Shown piece by piece: positions 21,139 to 30,081 of a stretch of DNA of 64,000 bases. The first letter of the stretch is position 1. Every line of letters begins with the position of its first letter. The stretch comes from Candidatus Bathyarchaeia archaeon (GTDB taxonomy: Archaea > Thermoproteota > Bathyarchaeia > Bathyarchaeales > Bathycorpusculaceae): positions 1-64,000 of the forward strand of contig JBEKBM010000013.1 of assembly GCA_050015395.1 (NCBI GenBank), given 5' to 3'. Made by a program: the position numbers and the translations under genes. The notes beneath the pieces are model-generated. The model searched no databases. It saw only the letters and a list, made by a program, of their open reading frames with translations, and was not told where the DNA came from.

Positions 21139-21261
21139 TTACTCGTTTACTTGCTCTTCATCCTTACCGTAATACACATAGAGGAAGATTAGGATTAGAG
21201 CAATAAATATTGAGCCCATTGCGACGTATTGTAAGGTTTGGAAGTATGCGCCTACATCCAT
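21139..21261 (-). CDS. 40-aa single-pass membrane protein (absent from the ORF track)
   Basis: MDVGAYFQTLQYVAMGSIFIALILIFLYVYYGKDEEQVNE*; AAGGAG SD upstream. Confidence 0.7.
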   Translation of the reverse strand: MDVGAYFQTLQYVAMGSIFIALILIFLYVYYGKDEEQVNE

Positions 21262-21306
21262 AGAGGTTCTCCTTGCATTTTACTTATTCTTGTAACATCT
21301 TAATAT

Positions 21307-21717
21307 TTAAGGAGTAGCTTTTTTCCACTCATTCATCAACATGTCATAGCTCTCGTCGTTTTCCTCTATGGTTTCAAACCAGCCTAGATTCTGCGCGATC
21401 TTCTGCGTTAACAGATGATAACACATGTGAACCTTCTTGTCTAACACTCGAAAATAGAAATCGTCGCAGGTGCAAAATTCAGCTTCCGGCATGATGAGGT
21501 AATCGCGCTCTCTGCCGACAACTATCCACACGGTTTTTCCGCTCGGCTTGAAAATGTACTTTTTCACCCGGTTCTCTTTTAGTGCATCAAGGGCTTTTGT
21601 GAATCTTGACCCAAAAAGTTCGTAGAGTTCAGTTAGGTTGCTGCCTGACAGTTTGCCTGCTGATTTTGCTTCTCTACAAATAGCGTTTAACGTATCTATT
21701 TCTGAATTATCGCTCAT
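21307..21717 (-). CDS. SWIM zinc-finger protein
   Basis: FCTCDDFYF...CYHL. Confidence 0.85.
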   Translation of the reverse strand: MSDNSEIDTLNAICREAKSAGKLSGSNLTELYELFGSRFTKALDALKENRVKKYIFKPSGKTVWIVVGRERDYLIMPEAEFCTCDDFYFRVLDKKVHMCYHLLTQKIAQNLGWFETIEENDESYDMLMNEWKKATP

Positions 21718-21763
21718 TATACACTCGCAACTGGAAAGATTAGGGGAAATTGGATTTTAGCTT

Positions 21764-22357
21764 TTAGCCTATGCCGATTGGTTCTCCCTTAGGCTTGGTT
21801 TCTGACTCAGCTTTGGGAAGCACCACTTCTAAGACGCCGTTTTTGTAGCTTGAGTTTGCTTCTTTAACTTTCACTTTTACTGGCAGGGCAACTTCCTTGT
21901 AGTACTTGTTCTGAGCAGTATCAACCGAAATCGTCAGCGAGTCTTCCGTGCCGTGAAGTTTTATGTCGCCTTTTTCTACGCCTGGAAGCTCCACGACCAC
22001 ATGGACTTCACCGTTTGTCTCAACAATGTCAACGAGTGGCTCGCGTTCGTCTTTAACCTGCGGTGCCCCTTTGAGGCCCTTTTTGATGTTTCCAAACTCT
22101 TGAATTTCAGGCTTGCCGTCTGGACCAATCTTCATACTGTAACCATAAACGAAGGGTCCAAGCTCCTTAATTGTGCTGCCGTCAGGCAGTTTACGCTCCT
22201 TAACGTATTCTTTAGGGACTTTTTCAGTGAAATTTTTCAGCTCTTCATCCATCATTTTTTCCATTTCACGGAACATGTCATCTATGTCGCCGAAAAACGG
22301 TTCTTTAGCCCGTTTCTTTCTTGACCATTCAGGGTAATCCTCATTATCTGAAGACAT
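21764..22357 (-). CDS. hsp20: Small heat-shock protein Hsp20
   Basis: GPFVYGYSM.IGPDGKP, ELPGVEK and YKNGVLEV. Confidence 0.95.
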   Translation of the reverse strand: MSSDNEDYPEWSRKKRAKEPFFGDIDDMFREMEKMMDEELKNFTEKVPKEYVKERKLPDGSTIKELGPFVYGYSMKIGPDGKPEIQEFGNIKKGLKGAPQVKDEREPLVDIVETNGEVHVVVELPGVEKGDIKLHGTEDSLTISVDTAQNKYYKEVALPVKVKVKEANSSYKNGVLEVVLPKAESETKPKGEPIGIG

Positions 22358-22559
22358 TTAACACTCACCACACTATCTTGCGTTTTCCACTCCAATAAAT
22401 TTTATGTTACAAAAAATGCTTATTTTATGTTGCCGATAGGCACTTTTCAAGCGGCTACTCTGTTGAATGCGGCACAAGCAAATCTTAAGGATGCCTTTAA
22501 AAGTTTAAATGATGGAAAACAAACTAAATGGAATCAGCCAGCAAAAAAAGTGGCAATTT

Positions 22560-22689
22560 GCCGGGGTAGCCTAGCCTGGCTAGGGCGCCAGACTCATAAT
22601 CTGGAGAACATAAATGGTGGCCAAACGCCCATGTCCAGAAGTCGCGGGCTCGAAGCTAGAAAAAAGCGAGAATCCCGCTCCCGGCACCA
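22560..22689 (+). tRNA. Elongator tRNA-Met(CAT) with two non-canonical introns (45/46 at 22607-22640; 59/60 at 22655-22672) and encoded CCA
   Basis: GCCGGGG acceptor; CCAGA-CTCATAA-TCTGG anticodon arm; bulge-helix motifs on CTGG/CCAG and CTCG/CGAG; splicing restores variable loop AGGTC and a 7-nt T loop. Confidence 0.88.
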
Positions 22690-23033
22690 CTTATTTTTGA
22701 TGCTTATGCTTTTTGTGTGGAATTTCGTCAACAAATATTAGGGTACCCCTCTGGGTAGTGCTGGAAGAGTCTGTTTTGGGTTGCTTTTTTGATTTAGAGC
22801 TTGAATCAGGCTTAGTCACCACTGATTTCCTTAAAGTTGTATATAAAGCGCCGTGGAAAAGGGAATAGAGTGATTAAACATGTAGGCAAAATTGCGGAGG
22901 GAATTAATTACCGTTTGATCTCTTGCTGGAGTTTGACTGGTTATTTTGAAAGGCTGGCGTTTAGGCTTACTTTACTTTTGGAAAATGAAAGAAATTTAAG
23001 TGCGTTTAGTAGCTGATAATTAGGTGTAATTTA

Positions 23034-23255
23034 TTGGAGGCAAAGGTTAAGGTTACTAAAGAAGGAATCCTTGTTCCAGAGCCGCTTTTTAGAGAAATGA
23101 TAAGCACCTACGTTAAGATGGAGCAGATATTAGCGACTTTAGAGGAGCTTGCAGACGATGAAGCATTGAAGGCGATTGAAAAAAGCAAGAAGCAGGTTGC
23201 TGAAGGCGAATACGTCGAATGCTCCATGAACGACTTGGAGAAAGTCCTGAAGTAA
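23034..23255 (+). CDS. Putative RelB-like antitoxin
   Basis: ILATLEELADDEALKAIEKSKKQVAEG; followed by a RelE remnant. Confidence 0.7.
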   Translation: MEAKVKVTKEGILVPEPLFREMISTYVKMEQILATLEELADDEALKAIEKSKKQVAEGEYVECSMNDLEKVLK

Positions 23256-23256
23256 C

Positions 23257-23369
23257 ATGCCCTACACCGCTAGGTTCTCAAAAGCGTTTCTTAGAAAGTA
23301 CCAAAGATTGCCAACGCAACATAAAGTCAAGAATAACGGGAAGTCTAAGAGAAATTCTTATCAAACATC
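23257..23369 (+). pseudogene. Truncated, frameshifted RelE-like toxin N-terminus
   Basis: MPYTARFSKAFLRKYQRL then, after a frameshift, RNIKSRITGSLREIL; cut off by the opposite-strand RelE. Confidence 0.6.
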
Positions 23370-23624
23370 TCATTTGTAGACGTTTTTACGATGCCCCACG
23401 GCCAAGAGGAGAATTTTTTCCCCTTCGATTCGGTAAAGAACGCGGTACTTTCCAACTCTTGTTGAAAATACGCCTTTGAATTCTCCATGCAACGGTTTAT
23501 CTACTTTAGGGTTGTTTTCCCATGAATAGACTTCTTTGATAATTTGAACCTGAGCTTTCTGGTCAAGAGTCCTGATTTGTTTCGAAAAACGATTAGTCAG
23601 CTCAACTGTGAACTTGTGTTTCAA
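23370..23624 (-). CDS. relE: RelE/ParE-family toxin
   Basis: KPLHGEFKGVFSTRVGKYRVLY...VGHRKNVY. Confidence 0.9.
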   Translation of the reverse strand: MKHKFTVELTNRFSKQIRTLDQKAQVQIIKEVYSWENNPKVDKPLHGEFKGVFSTRVGKYRVLYRIEGEKILLLAVGHRKNVYK

Positions 23625-23808
23625 GGTGCAAATCCCGCACTAGCTCATCTAGCGTCATGGTTTTTCCCTGTTTAGCTTCGCGCAAAGAAGCCCGTAGGTC
23701 TTTTACCAATTTTTTGTCCTGCATGACTTCCAGCGTCTCGAGCAGTTCTTCCATCAGGCTTGCTGCTCTCGTGAGCAGTTCTTTTTCTTCGGTTGTTAAG
23801 AGAGTCAT
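23602..23808 (-). CDS. Antitoxin partner of RelE
   Basis: ETLEVMQDKKLV...EAKQGK; overlaps the toxin start. Confidence 0.78.
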   Translation of the reverse strand: MTLLTTEEKELLTRAASLMEELLETLEVMQDKKLVKDLRASLREAKQGKTMTLDELVRDLHLETQVHS

Positions 23809-24521
23809 AATTGTATGCGCCGTTGCTAAAATATGAGCGATGAGGTTCTTATCTTTTGCTTTCCCTTAAGGAAAAATTGTGAAAAGTTTTAAACGTCTTA
23901 ATCTGGAGCCTTAGGCGGGTTTGTGTTTGCTCGTACAACCTACCCCTCGGTCTACTATATGCTTCTAATATGCCCCAAATATGATTCAACATAGAACTGC
24001 ATAGAACTGATGTCCCGCACTTTCAACATAGAAACGTGTTTTTTCATGTACTTTTTGGCGCAATTAACATGGACTTTACTGTTAGATATGGCTCTAAATA
24101 GGCTCAGTGCTCTGATTTGAGCAGAAAGCACTAAAAGAAAAAACAAGAGCTAAATTCGCACAGTTTTGTGAAATCATATTAAGCACTTGCTACAGAACTT
24201 TCACGTGGGCTGAAATCAATGAAAGATTACGATAATTTTTTCCTTCCAAGCAGTGACTTAGCAAATCCTAACCTTTCAACATGGTGTTAACAATCCTCAG
24301 ATACATAGTCTAACGATTGATAACAACAAATTGCAAATTGTTAGTTTCGACTAACTTCGATGTTGAAATGCTAAATCGCCCAATTACTGAGCGAAATAGC
24401 TAAACAAACTAAAAAATCACTCCCGTACCTGTTTACTCTTGTTTTTGACCGTAAACCCCAAAGCTCCCCAGTCTATCTTCCTACGGCTAACCTACGCATG
24501 GGTACTTGTAGAAAAGGGGCT

Positions 24522-24866
24522 CTACCAAACTTTATCTCCTTCGGTTTCTTGGCTCAGAAGGTGAGCAATCTGTCCCGCATTAAAATTAAAATAAAAAATT
24601 TTATCGTCTGTTATTCCTTTTAAGTAAGGCTGAAGTTCTTGCATTATAATTGGTCTAAGTACAAATTCGGTAAATTCATGAACGTAAAATTCAATGGTTT
24701 CCACTCTCTTCTCAATAGCAAATAAATAATGTCCGCCGTCGGGAGGAGAGCAAATGCCATCCTTCATGCTATCTAATAGTGTCAAGTGGTTTTCCCTAAT
24801 CAATTTTTTAAATGCTTCGCTGTCACGCATGAAAAATTGAATTTCGGATGTATCTCCAGTCATCAA
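24522..24866 (-). CDS. Hypothetical protein
   Basis: 114-aa ORF with protein-like composition; no motif recognised. Confidence 0.6.
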   Translation of the reverse strand: MMTGDTSEIQFFMRDSEAFKKLIRENHLTLLDSMKDGICSPPDGGHYLFAIEKRVETIEFYVHEFTEFVLRPIIMQELQPYLKGITDDKIFYFNFNAGQIAHLLSQETEGDKVW

Positions 24867-24916
24867 ACCATTTAGCTATTTCTGCCGTTTAGTCTTTAAA
24901 TTTTTGCATTTTTGAT

Positions 24917-25480
24917 TTATTCATAGAGTTTTTCTAATAGCTTTTCTTTGGTGAACATTTCTGAATGTAGGCGGTAAATCCGTTGTAAAGGAAGTTTCGC
25001 ATTTTTAGTTCTTATCTTAATTAATGCCTTGAGAATTATTTTTTCATCTTCACTTTTTTTCTGAAAGTCATCCAACCCCAATGCTCTTTTGTACCGAACT
25101 CTCACCGTATTTTCGTCTCCTATTTGTGCGATGAAAGAATAAAAAGCGAAAATAGCGGCGAAACCAGATAATACCAATGCTACGCTATCAACTGCTCCTA
25201 AAGTGCGAAGAATCAAACCATTTACCACAAGTATTATGACAACAGCAACAACAATCAGAGCCATCGAAGCAAACGTAAGACGTAACCCACCCCTGAACAC
25301 ATCACCATCCTTAAACAATTCTTCCGAATTTTTGTCAACTGAATAAATTAATGAGTTAATATCTACTTCTTCAGGTTTGGGTTTTGCCTCTTCGTTTTTC
25401 TTAGCTGCGATTGTGTCGTTTATAGCTACCAAATTATTGGAGATTTTCTCTAATGATTTCACTACGTCTTTTTCAGACAT
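24917..25480 (-). CDS. Hypothetical two-TM protein with coiled-coil-like N-terminus
   Basis: 187-aa ORF with two hydrophobic helices. Confidence 0.75.
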   Translation of the reverse strand: MSEKDVVKSLEKISNNLVAINDTIAAKKNEEAKPKPEEVDINSLIYSVDKNSEELFKDGDVFRGGLRLTFASMALIVVAVVIILVVNGLILRTLGAVDSVALVLSGFAAIFAFYSFIAQIGDENTVRVRYKRALGLDDFQKKSEDEKIILKALIKIRTKNAKLPLQRIYRLHSEMFTKEKLLEKLYE

Positions 25481-25517
25481 TTTTACCTATTTGCTGTATT
25501 AATTTGAACAGTTTTAA
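25478..25517 (-). repeat. Duplicated promoter/leader, copy 1 (39/40 identical to 26610-26649)
   Basis: Minus strand TTAAAACTGTTCAAATTAATACAGCAAATAGGTAAAAATG. Confidence 0.9.
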
Positions 25518-25613
25518 GCATTTTGTATCCCTTAAAATACCTTTTTCAATTAACAGTATTATTCATGCAAAAAGTCTTTTAACGTAATAGACCCCAATTG
25601 AAAATGATACTGT

Positions 25614-26147
25614 ATGCCAAACTCGAGATGGGATAGTGATTTCTGGAAAGCAATTGCAGCATTATCGGCAATACTTGTAATTATTGTCTCTTTGCTCACT
25701 ATACTTCAATGGTTTGGTCGAGTAGATGTCTATACTCTTCTCATTCTTCCAATTATTAAATTCTTTAATCTTTCAGTTCCCGTGTATTCTATTCCCTTAG
25801 CATTTCTTGTAGTTGTCGGGGGTTTTCTTATGATTTTATATATTGACGACAAATTACATCCAAGACCTACAAGCAATAATATAAGCAATCCCTTGGCTGG
25901 AGCAGACATCTTGGATACTGAGTGTTATAGATACGTGGCACATTTGGGTAAAACCCCTCAAACAGCGGATTTCCTCAAAGAGAAGTATCAAGAATTTCGT
26001 GACCGATACGGGCTTAGTGGTGGCTATTCATCGGAAGAGTTACTGAAAGAATTGGAGGAAAGAGATTTGCTTGTTTTTCAAAATGGGAAATGGGAAGTTA
26101 CACAAAAAGCATTGGCTTACATTGCTAAGTATCATGGTGGAAAATAG
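25614..26147 (+). CDS. Membrane protein with C-terminal winged-helix-like segment
   Basis: Two TM segments; LLKELEERDLLVFQNGKWEVTQKAL. Confidence 0.72.
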   Translation: MPNSRWDSDFWKAIAALSAILVIIVSLLTILQWFGRVDVYTLLILPIIKFFNLSVPVYSIPLAFLVVVGGFLMILYIDDKLHPRPTSNNISNPLAGADILDTECYRYVAHLGKTPQTADFLKEKYQEFRDRYGLSGGYSSEELLKELEERDLLVFQNGKWEVTQKALAYIAKYHGGK

Positions 26148-26195
26148 CCGTTCAACAATTGGGAAAGTGTTTCCAGTAATCTAGTTTTTGTGTCC

Positions 26196-26612
26196 TTATG
26201 TGGCTTTTGGTTCGCCTTTTTTTATTTCGATAAATTTTTCTTGTATGTCCTTAATTCTTTTGTTTCGGAAGAAACTAAAAACAAACCAACTTAGTAAACT
26301 TGTGCCGATTGTAACACCAATTGAGTAAATAATTATACTTAGTAAAACTCCAGAAGAAACTAAGCCAGATAAACTAACACTTAACGTAAGTATGACTGCA
26401 ATTATAGCCACTTGTATGCTGATAATTACGGAGATAATAGAGGAAAAAACATCACTTCCAAGCTGTACCTTCAGCATTGCTAATTGAAATTTTTTATCTT
26501 CTTTTTTGTCGGTTTCTTTTGATTCACCAATAAGTAAATCAATTTTTTTATTTAAGTCGTCTATGTTTTTCTTTATTTCTTTAACTTCTTTTTCTAACTC
26601 TTTAACAGTCAT
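26196..26612 (-). CDS. Hypothetical two-TM protein with coiled-coil-like N-terminus
   Basis: 138-aa ORF with KELEKEVKEIKKNIDDLNKKID heptads and two TMs. Confidence 0.75.
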   Translation of the reverse strand: MTVKELEKEVKEIKKNIDDLNKKIDLLIGESKETDKKEDKKFQLAMLKVQLGSDVFSSIISVIISIQVAIIAVILTLSVSLSGLVSSGVLLSIIIYSIGVTIGTSLLSWFVFSFFRNKRIKDIQEKFIEIKKGEPKAT

Positions 26613-26649
26613 TTTTACCTGTTTGCTGTATTAATTTGAACAGTTTTAA
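26610..26649 (-). repeat. Duplicated promoter/leader, copy 2
   Basis: Minus strand TTAAAACTGTTCAAATTAATACAGCAAACAGGTAAAAATG. Confidence 0.9.
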
Positions 26650-26720
26650 CCTTTGTTATTGCCCTTATGCGCTTTTGGTTATCTTAATTAAGATAATAGC
26701 CACCTAAAGAAGTGATAAAT

Positions 26721-26960
26721 ATGGAAGCAATCAAAGAGTACAGTTTCACAATAGTCCTCCTTTACATTATAATCGCTGTTATACTGTTTTTTCTTGATGT
26801 AGTATGGCATGTTATTTTTTCGGGGATAGCTTATTTTTCGCTACCGGTTTTTTGGATTGACTTGGCAATTGAAATTTCGGTTTACACCGTGCTATACGTC
26901 GCAATAGTGATAATTTTATCAGTTTTATCACAAAAAAGGCACAAGAAAAGAAGGCTTTAA
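26721..26960 (+). CDS. Small membrane protein
   Basis: Hydrophobic 79-aa ORF with a basic tail. Confidence 0.65.
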   Translation: MEAIKEYSFTIVLLYIIIAVILFFLDVVWHVIFSGIAYFSLPVFWIDLAIEISVYTVLYVAIVIILSVLSQKRHKKRRL

Positions 26961-27052
26961 TATGCAAACTTGTTCGTTTAGAAATGGTGATTTAAACGGC
27001 TGCAGATGACCCTGTGAAAGCTACCCGTCGTGTAAAAGGGTCGTGATTTTTT

Positions 27053-27820
27053 ATGATTGACCAAAATGCGGTTCTTTTATTTATTACAGTAGCACTGGCT
27101 AGCGCGGTTGAAGCGACTGAGGCCCTGACCATTATTCTGGCATCAGGCATTACTAGGGGCTGGCGTTCCACATTTGAAGGCGCATTACTTGCCCTAGCTT
27201 GTTTGGCTGTAATTGTGGGGGTAGCTGGTACTGCACTAATTTATTATGTCCCACTTTATGCTTTGCGAATCGTAGTTGGAACACTGCTGCTTATCTTTGG
27301 GTTGCAGTGGCTCACAAAAGCTATACTGCGCCAAACAGGGTTTAAGGCGCCGCATGATGAACGCGACATATACGACAAACAGGTAGCGACTCTTTCTAAG
27401 GAGAAAGGAATTCTTCGGGGCCAACGAGATTCCTTAGCTTTTGCAATCAGCTTCAAAGGCGTGCTTTTGGAAGGTATGGAAGTCATCATGATTGTTATCA
27501 GCTTTGGTTTAGCTAACGGAAGCCAGGGTCAACTGGGAACTGCCGCGCTCGCTGCTCTTGCCGCGGTAGCAGTTATGACGGCAATAGGCGCTGTGGTCGC
27601 GAAGCCTCTGACTAAAGTACCCGAGAATTATATGAAGCTGGGTGTAGGTAACCTGCTAACCGTTTTTGGCCTCTTCTGGATGGGCGAAGGCGTCGGCGTC
27701 CAGTGGCCTCTGGGAGATATATTCCTGTTAGTACTCCTAGCGATAATCTTCCTGGCAACATTGGGATTGACTGCTTATTTCAAACGAGTCCACGAAAGCC
27801 TGACGGAGGTTGAGCAATAA
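27053..27820 (+). CDS. COG4280-type membrane protein (possible ion transporter)
   Basis: Duplicated acidic motifs ASAVEATEALTII and GVLLEGMEV; GLQWLTKAILR; KVPEN. Confidence 0.8.
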   Translation: MIDQNAVLLFITVALASAVEATEALTIILASGITRGWRSTFEGALLALACLAVIVGVAGTALIYYVPLYALRIVVGTLLLIFGLQWLTKAILRQTGFKAPHDERDIYDKQVATLSKEKGILRGQRDSLAFAISFKGVLLEGMEVIMIVISFGLANGSQGQLGTAALAALAAVAVMTAIGAVVAKPLTKVPENYMKLGVGNLLTVFGLFWMGEGVGVQWPLGDIFLLVLLAIIFLATLGLTAYFKRVHESLTEVEQ

Positions 27821-28068
27821 TGCCCTCCGGTAAAACGCTAAACGCAGTCTGGAAAGGAGTTAAAAGCTTTTTCAAATTCTGGAAAGACTTTCTAGTTGGT
27901 GATTCTCCAGTATTAGCATTGGGCGTAATAATCATCCTATGCGTCGCTTATCTGCTGCGAGGCTCAGCCGTCTTAGCCCCAGCATCCACCATTATTCTAG
28001 TACTGGTTTTGATAACATTTGCTGTCTGGCAAAAAACCAAGGCACGACGCCGGCACGCCCACAATTAA
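27820..28068 (+). CDS. Small membrane protein coupled to the COG4280 gene
   Basis: FFKFWKDFLVGD plus two TMs; TAATG overlap. Confidence 0.78.
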   Translation: MPSGKTLNAVWKGVKSFFKFWKDFLVGDSPVLALGVIIILCVAYLLRGSAVLAPASTIILVLVLITFAVWQKTKARRRHAHN

Positions 28069-28183
28069 CACGGACAAAAGTGGCAAAACAAGAGCATAAA
28101 AATCCGCAAGGTAATTTCACAACAAACATGCGCACATCAATTAAAAATGGTCTTTTGTCAAATCTTATTAAGCGTTCTGGGAA

Positions 28184-28365
28184 ATGATAGACGAAGACAC
28201 AAGATTTATGGTTGCTTCTCACATCTCAAACACAAGAACCTTCGAGGACACAGTAGCCATATTCAAAAAAGGTGTTCAACAAAGCAAAGTTAAGCCAAGA
28301 GCAGTTTTCGTTGACGGATGCAATGCCTATGAATCAGCATTCAACAAAGTATTCTACTCTGCCTT
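28184..28365 (+). pseudogene. DDE transposase fragment (IS6/IS240-like)
   Basis: IDEDTRFMVASHIS..R and PRAVFVDGCNAYESAF; truncated at both ends. Confidence 0.75.
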
Positions 28366-29311
28366 ACGCTCTAACTTGAAGTTCTTTATTTATTGAGCCA
28401 AGCTCTTTTTTCTTGCTTACCATTATGTCACGGAGGTCTTTGTTACCAGAATAATGCTTTCCTTCTTGCCCAATAATTTCTTGATCAACTAGTTGGTCTA
28501 GAACTCGCTTGAGTACCCGTTCATTCATTGAGCGATGGTAGTATTTGATAAAGTCATGCCGTACTGATTCAAAACTGCGAAATATTTGTTCTTCAGTTTC
28601 AATTTCAGGCAAATAGATGCAGTTATCAACTCGAATAACTGGTTCAAGTATACTTAATTTAAATACATCTCTCAATGTCGTGTAGCGTTCTTTTAAAATG
28701 GTTGAAACCAACATATCCCTAAACTTGCGTCTATTTCCTTTAGCCTCTTTTCTAGCTGTGACTGCCAAGTTGCCCTCTGAATAATCGTTCCCCTTCCTAC
28801 TAACTATCTTCAATCCTTCAAGTAGTCCCAAATATAACCGTGTTTTTTTCCTTCTTGCAGCACTACGGTATAAGTCCATTTCTACGTCTTCGATGCATTC
28901 ATACTCCCAAAGTGAGGATAAGATTTCATCTATTGGGTCAAAGAAGTGGTTAAATCTTAAACCTTTTACAAGTTTATCTGAGGATGCATAAACAACTATT
29001 TCTTCTGCTCGTCTCTTCCATAATTCAAAAAACGAGTCTATGTTTTTTATACATTCGTCTCTTGATGTTGTGCGTTCTTTAATTATCCTTCCGTCTTTAT
29101 CAGAGGTTATAACGCCTAGACGGTCGATTTCAAGAACATGCAAAGTCTTTGTTTCTGGCGGTTTCTCATTCTTAATAATTAAGGGATAATCCGAACGTAG
29201 ATTTGAGATGTATAAATCCTCTTGTTCATCATGTAAGGGAGTATCTACCAAAATTAAGTGTCCGTAGTTCAAAGAAGCATAGAACTCTATTGCCCGTTCG
29301 GGATCAGTCAT
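28364..29311 (-). CDS. Unknown protein with two winged-helix-like segments
   Basis: ATG at 29311 after GGAGG; YLGLLEGLKIVSRKGNDYSEG and VLDQLVDQEIIGQEGKHYSG. Confidence 0.8.
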   Translation of the reverse strand: MTDPERAIEFYASLNYGHLILVDTPLHDEQEDLYISNLRSDYPLIIKNEKPPETKTLHVLEIDRLGVITSDKDGRIIKERTTSRDECIKNIDSFFELWKRRAEEIVVYASSDKLVKGLRFNHFFDPIDEILSSLWEYECIEDVEMDLYRSAARRKKTRLYLGLLEGLKIVSRKGNDYSEGNLAVTARKEAKGNRRKFRDMLVSTILKERYTTLRDVFKLSILEPVIRVDNCIYLPEIETEEQIFRSFESVRHDFIKYYHRSMNERVLKRVLDQLVDQEIIGQEGKHYSGNKDLRDIMVSKKKELGSINKELQVRA

Positions 29312-29886
29312 TTTTTTAACCCTCCTTCTTCGAGGAACCCATGAATATAAGTCTGCCCCTTGCCTAATAAAACTTGCACCCATTTCTTTTGCCATTCCCA
29401 TTGCCTTGTAAATACGCCAGCTTCAAGACTTTGGATGGCTGTTGCTTCGTTCTCTTCTTCAGGGTCATCAAAATAGACCGTATGCGTATCTGGGTCGTAG
29501 TCTACAATGACAACGGCATGTAACACAGTGTAAGGTCTTTCAGGATGATACCTTTCCACTGGATTTAGGTATGCTATTACTGGAAGGTGTTTTTCATTTA
29601 CTTCTTTTTCAATTTCTGTGAATCTTGAACCTTCATGATAGAGAAAACTTAAGGTGGGTCTCGCTTTGAGTAGGTGTTCATTCATATTCTCTACAGCTCT
29701 AGGAGGTGTACCATCTCGGTCTCTTGTTTTTGTTATTTTTGCTATTTTGCTAATAGAAAAAACTCTCAACCCTTTTACCTTGTGCATTTTGCACACACAA
29801 TCCAGACACATCTTTACTGAGGTTGGAACGCAGTATAGCGGTCTTGGTTGGTGATGGTGTTTTACGTCAAGTCTGACCAGAGGCAA
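29308..29886 (-). CDS. Peptidase C39-like cysteine protease
   Basis: HQPRPLYCVPTSVKM (Q-x5-C) and HAVVIVDYD...YFDDP; probable TTG start. Confidence 0.82.
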   Translation of the reverse strand: MPLVRLDVKHHHQPRPLYCVPTSVKMCLDCVCKMHKVKGLRVFSISKIAKITKTRDRDGTPPRAVENMNEHLLKARPTLSFLYHEGSRFTEIEKEVNEKHLPVIAYLNPVERYHPERPYTVLHAVVIVDYDPDTHTVYFDDPEEENEATAIQSLEAGVFTRQWEWQKKWVQVLLGKGQTYIHGFLEEGGLKK

Positions 29887-30081
29887 TCCCAACTCTTGTA
29901 TATCAAAGTAGGAAGCTAGTAGTTCAGACTTTGTATATAAAACCATGCAAAAACTATTCATATAGGACAACGTTTCGTTCATGACAAAACCTCTTCAGGA
30001 TGTTGGGTCAAATAACTTAACAGTATCAATTGAGCGCAAAATTTATATCGATAGGTGAATCGTTGTACTATTTGATGAACG

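Noticed and set aside
22427-22741. 104-aa ORF
   Set aside because: Overlaps the tRNA-Met gene; spurious
23899-23908. TAATCTGGAG match to the tRNA-Met anticodon arm as a possible att site
   Set aside because: Only 10 bp, plausible by chance, and no integrase nearby
26980-27050. Fluoride riboswitch
   Set aside because: Lacks the GGCGAUG...GUUCGCC and CUAAUGAC-type consensus elements
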